A DNA stretch of 51,478 bases from NCBI GenBank assembly GCA_026025795.1, contig JAPEUG010000008.1, positions 62,001 through 113,478 of the forward strand. Direction: 5' to 3'. The stretch comes from Thelocarpon superellum (taxonomy: Eukaryota). The notes beneath the pieces were generated by a model. It did no database searches and had not been told where the DNA came from. It worked only from the letters and a program-made list of their open reading frames with translations. Of the stretch, positions 47,099 through 51,478 are shown piece after piece (positions within the stretch are counted from its first letter, which is position 1; each line of letters starts with the position of its first letter). Made by a program: the position numbers and the translations under genes.

Positions 47099-47632
47099 GC
47101 CGAGAGTGGCCAAGAGGAGCGCGCGTAAGAGGTCGGTGTCGGCGGTCGTAGCGGGAGCGGTGGCCGTTGCTCGTGCGCCGGGCAGCGACGGCACTTTACC
47201 GCTTAGTTACCAGACTTCCGCAAAAGAGGAGCGGAAAGCAACCCACCGCGCCATTCTGCCCACGCTCCACCCTGCACCTCGTCGGCCACTCCTCCCACCA
47301 CCGGCCTCATTGTCCATTTCGCCGTTGACCATGCTCCCATTGCTACCATTCCCACCCTCGTTATCCCTCTACCACCCTCGGGCCCAATTTTCGCTGCCCC
47401 GCCCGCTACCGCCCCGCCTCTGACCCGTCATCCTCGCGCGCGGTGCGGGCTCGTCGTTCCTCTTGGCGTCGGCGCGAGCACCGCAGCTGCCGGAGCTCCC
47501 GCCGTCCCTCACCGTCCATCGCCCGCGCCCACCAGCTTCCGCCGAGCGGTCGAGCACCCGGCCCGTTGGGTCCAGGCCGGATTCATCCGCAAACTGCCTC
47601 CCTCACCCCCCGCCCGCGCCCTCCCTTCCGCC

Positions 47633-49756
47633 ATGTCGCCCCGGCGTTCGTCACGCGCGCGGACGACCCAACCACCTACCGGGTCGGAGCACACCCTCTC
47701 GTCCGCCTCGTCCACGACCTCGAGTCGCGCCGAGCGACCGGCTCGTTCGGTCCACAAGACCAGCTCGCCCGCCAAGTCCGTCGCCTCACGCTCGCCCTCG
47801 TCCGAGGCAGGCGAGGAGGCGCGACGACCCGCGCACAGCGAACCACCGCAGACGCGACGCCGCAAACGCGACGTGGGCGAGGGCGAGGGCGAGGGCGACG
47901 ACGTCCCGGGTCGCCACGCCTCCGCACCCAGGCTCGAGGGCGAGGGAGAAGACGAGGCGGATGAAGAAGAGGAAGAGGTGACGCGCTGCGTGTGCGGGCA
48001 GCTCGACTATCCGGGCCCGCCCGCCTTGGCCACGATCGAGCCCAAGCCCCTCCCCAAAGACGACGCGGACCCCGACACGTCCGCGGCGTCGATCGATCCC
48101 CTGCCGGAAGATGCGGGTGGCCTCTTCATCCAGTGCGACATCTGCAAGGTCTGGCAGCACGGTGGCTGCGTGGGCATCATGGATCAGGCCATGACTCCCG
48201 ACGAATACTTCTGCGAGCTCTGTCGGAAAGACCTACACCGCGTCAGCGTGGGACCCACCGGGTGAGTCGGCCATGCTGGAGCTTCGTGAGCGGGCTCGCT
48301 GATTGATTTTCACTCAGGCAACGGTCGTCGCGCTACCTGCCCGTGCTCGAGTCCGGTTCTGCCCGGGTCTCGCGAGCCAGCTCTCAGTCGAAAGAGGGCG
48401 AGGTCAAGACGCGGAAAGGCAAATCAATTCGTCCGCCCCCGCGGTCCGACGGCGGCAAGCGTCGCTCGACCATGAACAGCCGAGACGCGGCGTACGACGA
48501 GGAAGAACAGCTCCGACGAGCCATTGAGGAGAGCAAGGTCGAGAAGGCACTGGCCCGAGAGGAGGGGAGCATTCGCAAGGGCAAGCGCAGTCGCGGTGAC
48601 AGCGAAGAGTACGCCCCGACCAAGGGATTGTGGTGGATGAGTGACTGACGAGCGGGGCAATAGGACACGGCAGGGCTCGACGAAACGTCAACGGACTGGC
48701 TCCAGCACGCCCTCATCACCGTTGCACGCCAACGGGCGCTCGCACTCACCCGCGCTCGAGGCCGAGGAAGACGACTCGATGACGAAAATCTCCTCCCAGA
48801 ACGGACCGAGGAAGATCCGCGGCGCTGCAGCGCGCAACCACCGTGAGAAGGAACTCCGGGAGCGCGAGAAGGAACGCGAGCGGGCCGACGCTGCGGGCCG
48901 ACGGAAAGGCCGGGCGGAGCGGCGACGGGGCGACGGTAGGTTGAACGATGGCAGCGGTGAGGCTCGACTGACGATCCCAGACTCGGACCCGTCGGACGAG
49001 TACCCGCCCTCGCGGCCAGCATCGACGAAAGACGGCGTGGACAGGAACTCGCACCCCCCGGAGCTCCCATCGTCCTCTCAACCTCCGCCGGAAACGCCAC
49101 CGTCACACGTCGCGCCCGTCAACCACACGAGCAGCCATACGCCGACCCACCGAAAGACGGGCCGACCACCAGCGCGTCGTGGGCGGGTCGGGCGCAACCA
49201 ATACACCCGGGATCGAGACATGCGCAACGAGCCCCACGGCGAGCGGGACGGGTCTCGAGAACGGGAGGGGTCTCGCGACGGCCGACGAGAAGGGGCCAAC
49301 GGCACCAACGGGCACACGTCGCATCACCACGGCGCGAATGGCGGCGAGGCCAGCAAGCCCAGCAAGCCGAAATACCTGCATCCGCAACGCACGAGCATAA
49401 ACGAGATGAAGCGGCGCGTGGCCGCCATCCTCGAGTTCATCTCGCGCACGCAGGTCGAGATGGCGGGCGAACAGACGCCTCCGTCGGGTAGCAGCGAGAC
49501 GGCCACGGCGACGCTCCTCCGCGGACTCGCCAGCGAGCTCCCTGCCATCACGGGGAACGGGCGTGGAGGCAGCGGGACCAAAGGCTCTAATGCTACCCAC
49601 AGTAACGGTACTGGGAACGGTCATGGTGGAGGCGACGGCGTGCAGGCCCTCGACGAACGCGACTTTACGCAGCTGTCGAGCCTGGAGATGATGGACGTGT
49701 TGACGCGGAAACTGGTGCTGTGGCAGAAGGAGTTTGGGAAGTACGGCGAGAAGTAG
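47633..49756 (+). CDS. CTI6: PHD-finger Rpd3L histone deacetylase complex subunit Cti6, 655 aa; exons 47633-48261, 48318-48608, 48664-48935, 48981-49756
   Basis: PHD finger TRCVCG...FIQCDICKVWQHGGCVGI...YFCELC; RRSTMNSRDAAYDEEEQLRRAIEESK; EMKRRVAAILEFISRTQ; MMDVLTRKLVLWQKEFG; three canonical introns. Confidence 0.92.
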
Positions 49757-50222
49757 CTCGTGGCATGCTCCCTGGACATGCCCTCCCGATAGCTGGGTGG
49801 ATGGGATAGAGAGAGCGCGCGGGAAGGAGCACGGGAAGTGGCATACCCTGGCGCGTAGAGATTCGAACCTCCATAAGAACAAAGACGAACAATATCACGA
49901 TACTCGACAGAGAAGTCGCCGAACAATGGAAACGAGAAATCCGCGCGACGTGGAATTAAATAATAACATTTTTCGAATGAAGAATGACGCCAGAACCTGT
50001 GCAGCTATGTTCTCACGTTCGATCCATTATTCCGAAAACAGGGGAAGACGAGGACAAGGGGAGGGGGACATAAGAAGTCATGGTCCGCGTCCGATAGGAT
50101 TCGACCCAATGCAAAGACGCCTCTCCCTACCTCCCCCTACCTCCCTCTGCCTCCCTCTGCCTCCCCCTGCCTCCCTCTCTTGCCTCTGCTGGCCAGTCTC
50201 CACCCCGCCTCGGTCCGCGACA

Positions 50223-51281
50223 ATGTGCCAGCTGAAGCTAACGAGATGGGAGTGCGGGCATAAGCAGCTGAGCCGGGCGGTACCGTGCGTCTCGACCAGT
50301 GTCGGGTCCGGCTCACATTGTTCCCCCTTTTCTGCTTCCCTTTCGTCTTCATCTTCCTCCTCGTCCTCTTCGGGGGGCAAGACAGACTTCTGGAGCACAC
50401 CAGACGGAGAATACATCTCCGCGTCAGAGGCAGGGCAAGTACTCGGCGTGGCAGGCGAGAAGCTGCGCACGCTGCTGGGGCAGATGCGGCGGATATGTCC
50501 CACGGCGCACGCCGAGGACGTCACGCTCACGATGCAGCGAAAGGGGAAATGCCCCCTACCGCGCCACCGGTGCGCGTGGACGACGCCACCACCACGCACG
50601 TCCCGTGGCGCAGCTCCGTCGACGCGGGGGCAGCCCAAGCCACTCACACGCGACGAGCGGCAGTCGTTCCTGCGGCGCTCGCGCACCTACCTCGACACCT
50701 GGCCGCGCGTCGACGCCATCCACGCGCTGTACGCCGCGCTGGGCGAGAGCTACTTCACGCTGACGCGCAGCTCGCGCGACCACTCGAGCATCGCGCCGGC
50801 CGCGCGCCAGCTGGCCACGGACGCCTTCCAGGCCGAGGTGTCGCGCGACGCGTGCAGCGCCTACCTGGCCTTCTGGCAGCCGCTGCTGACGGCCGAGCGG
50901 GAGCTGCTGGGGCTGCTCTGGGCGCGGGAGCTGGAGGTGGACGAGGGCGAGACCTGCGCCCGGCTGGCGGAGATCGAAAGCAGCCTGGATGCCATGGAGC
51001 AGACGATGGCGCGGCTCAAGGCGGTCCTGTTCGCCATGGCCACGGTGGAGGATGCGAGGGACGTCGAGGACGTGCAGACCGAGTACGCGCGGCATGGGCG
51101 CGAGCGCGCGGAAAACGGCGAGCTGACGGAGCGCGAGGTCTGGCTCATGCGCGTCAATCTCGTCGACGATCGGTCGTATGGTCCTGACCTCCCCAGCGTC
51201 CTCCCTGCCGGCGTCGATGATGGCTGGTGGGGTGCTCCGCCGCGCGTTCAGTCGGAAGAGCCCCGGGAAGAGCAGCAACAG

Positions 51282-51343
<62 letters not shown>

Positions 51344-51401
51344 GCAGCAGTCTGCTAGGGAGCTTTCACCCAGCGAGTGTCCGGATCTGTGGCTGGACTA
51401 G
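50223..51401 (+). CDS. Hypothetical protein, 392 aa, with MC-x-CGH N-terminus, helical region and poly-Q tract
   Basis: MCQLKLTRWECGH start of a type common in fungal orphan proteins; GC3-rich codons in the body; single ORF. Confidence 0.7.
51273..51350 (+). repeat. CAG/CAA trinucleotide repeat encoding Q26
   Basis: 78 nt of CAG interrupted by four CAA. Confidence 0.97.
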
Positions 51402-51478
51402 GGGAGGTGAGAGAGTGGGGGAGTTTGACATTGGCAAATTGCCAGCATAGCGGGGTTGTCTTGACATGGTGACAGTTG

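Noticed and set aside
49734..50222. N-terminal 163 codons of ORF 49734-51401
   Set aside because: Starts at TTG overlapping the CTI6 stop and crosses terminator-like and CT-rich promoter-like sequence; ATG 50223 is the more plausible start.

Overview
Eukaryotic, GC-rich, gene-dense DNA from a filamentous ascomycete (Pezizomycotina-type genes; short GT-AG introns with CTRAY-like branch points). All spliced models were built by hand and each complete model sums to a multiple of 3. Left to right: 3' part of an Arg/Glu/Asp-rich DUF8035-type gene; WBP1; complex I 9.5-kDa subunit; BTB-domain protein; a 1249-aa protein with a 7-TM N-terminus; TAL1; a kinase with a repeat tail; RGF3-type Rho GEF; SOD1; Tudor-SN. 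An accessory-looking block follows (about 28.9-42.5 kb): TRI101-like acetyltransferase, an orphan with nucleoside-hydrolase-like hints, a GT31 pseudogene, an AlkB dioxygenase with a probable SAD/SRA-like domain, and a decayed acyl-CoA ligase. The window ends with a small membrane protein, a conserved-type hypothetical gene, CTI6 and a poly-Q protein. The most unusual locus is the AlkB gene: a candidate nucleic-acid modification reader-eraser with three stacked splice donors in its leader, a ~38-nt minisatellite-filled intron and several stopless 3n introns. No tRNA, rRNA, CRISPR array or recognisable transposon was seen. Family names come from motif recognition only; no database search was run.
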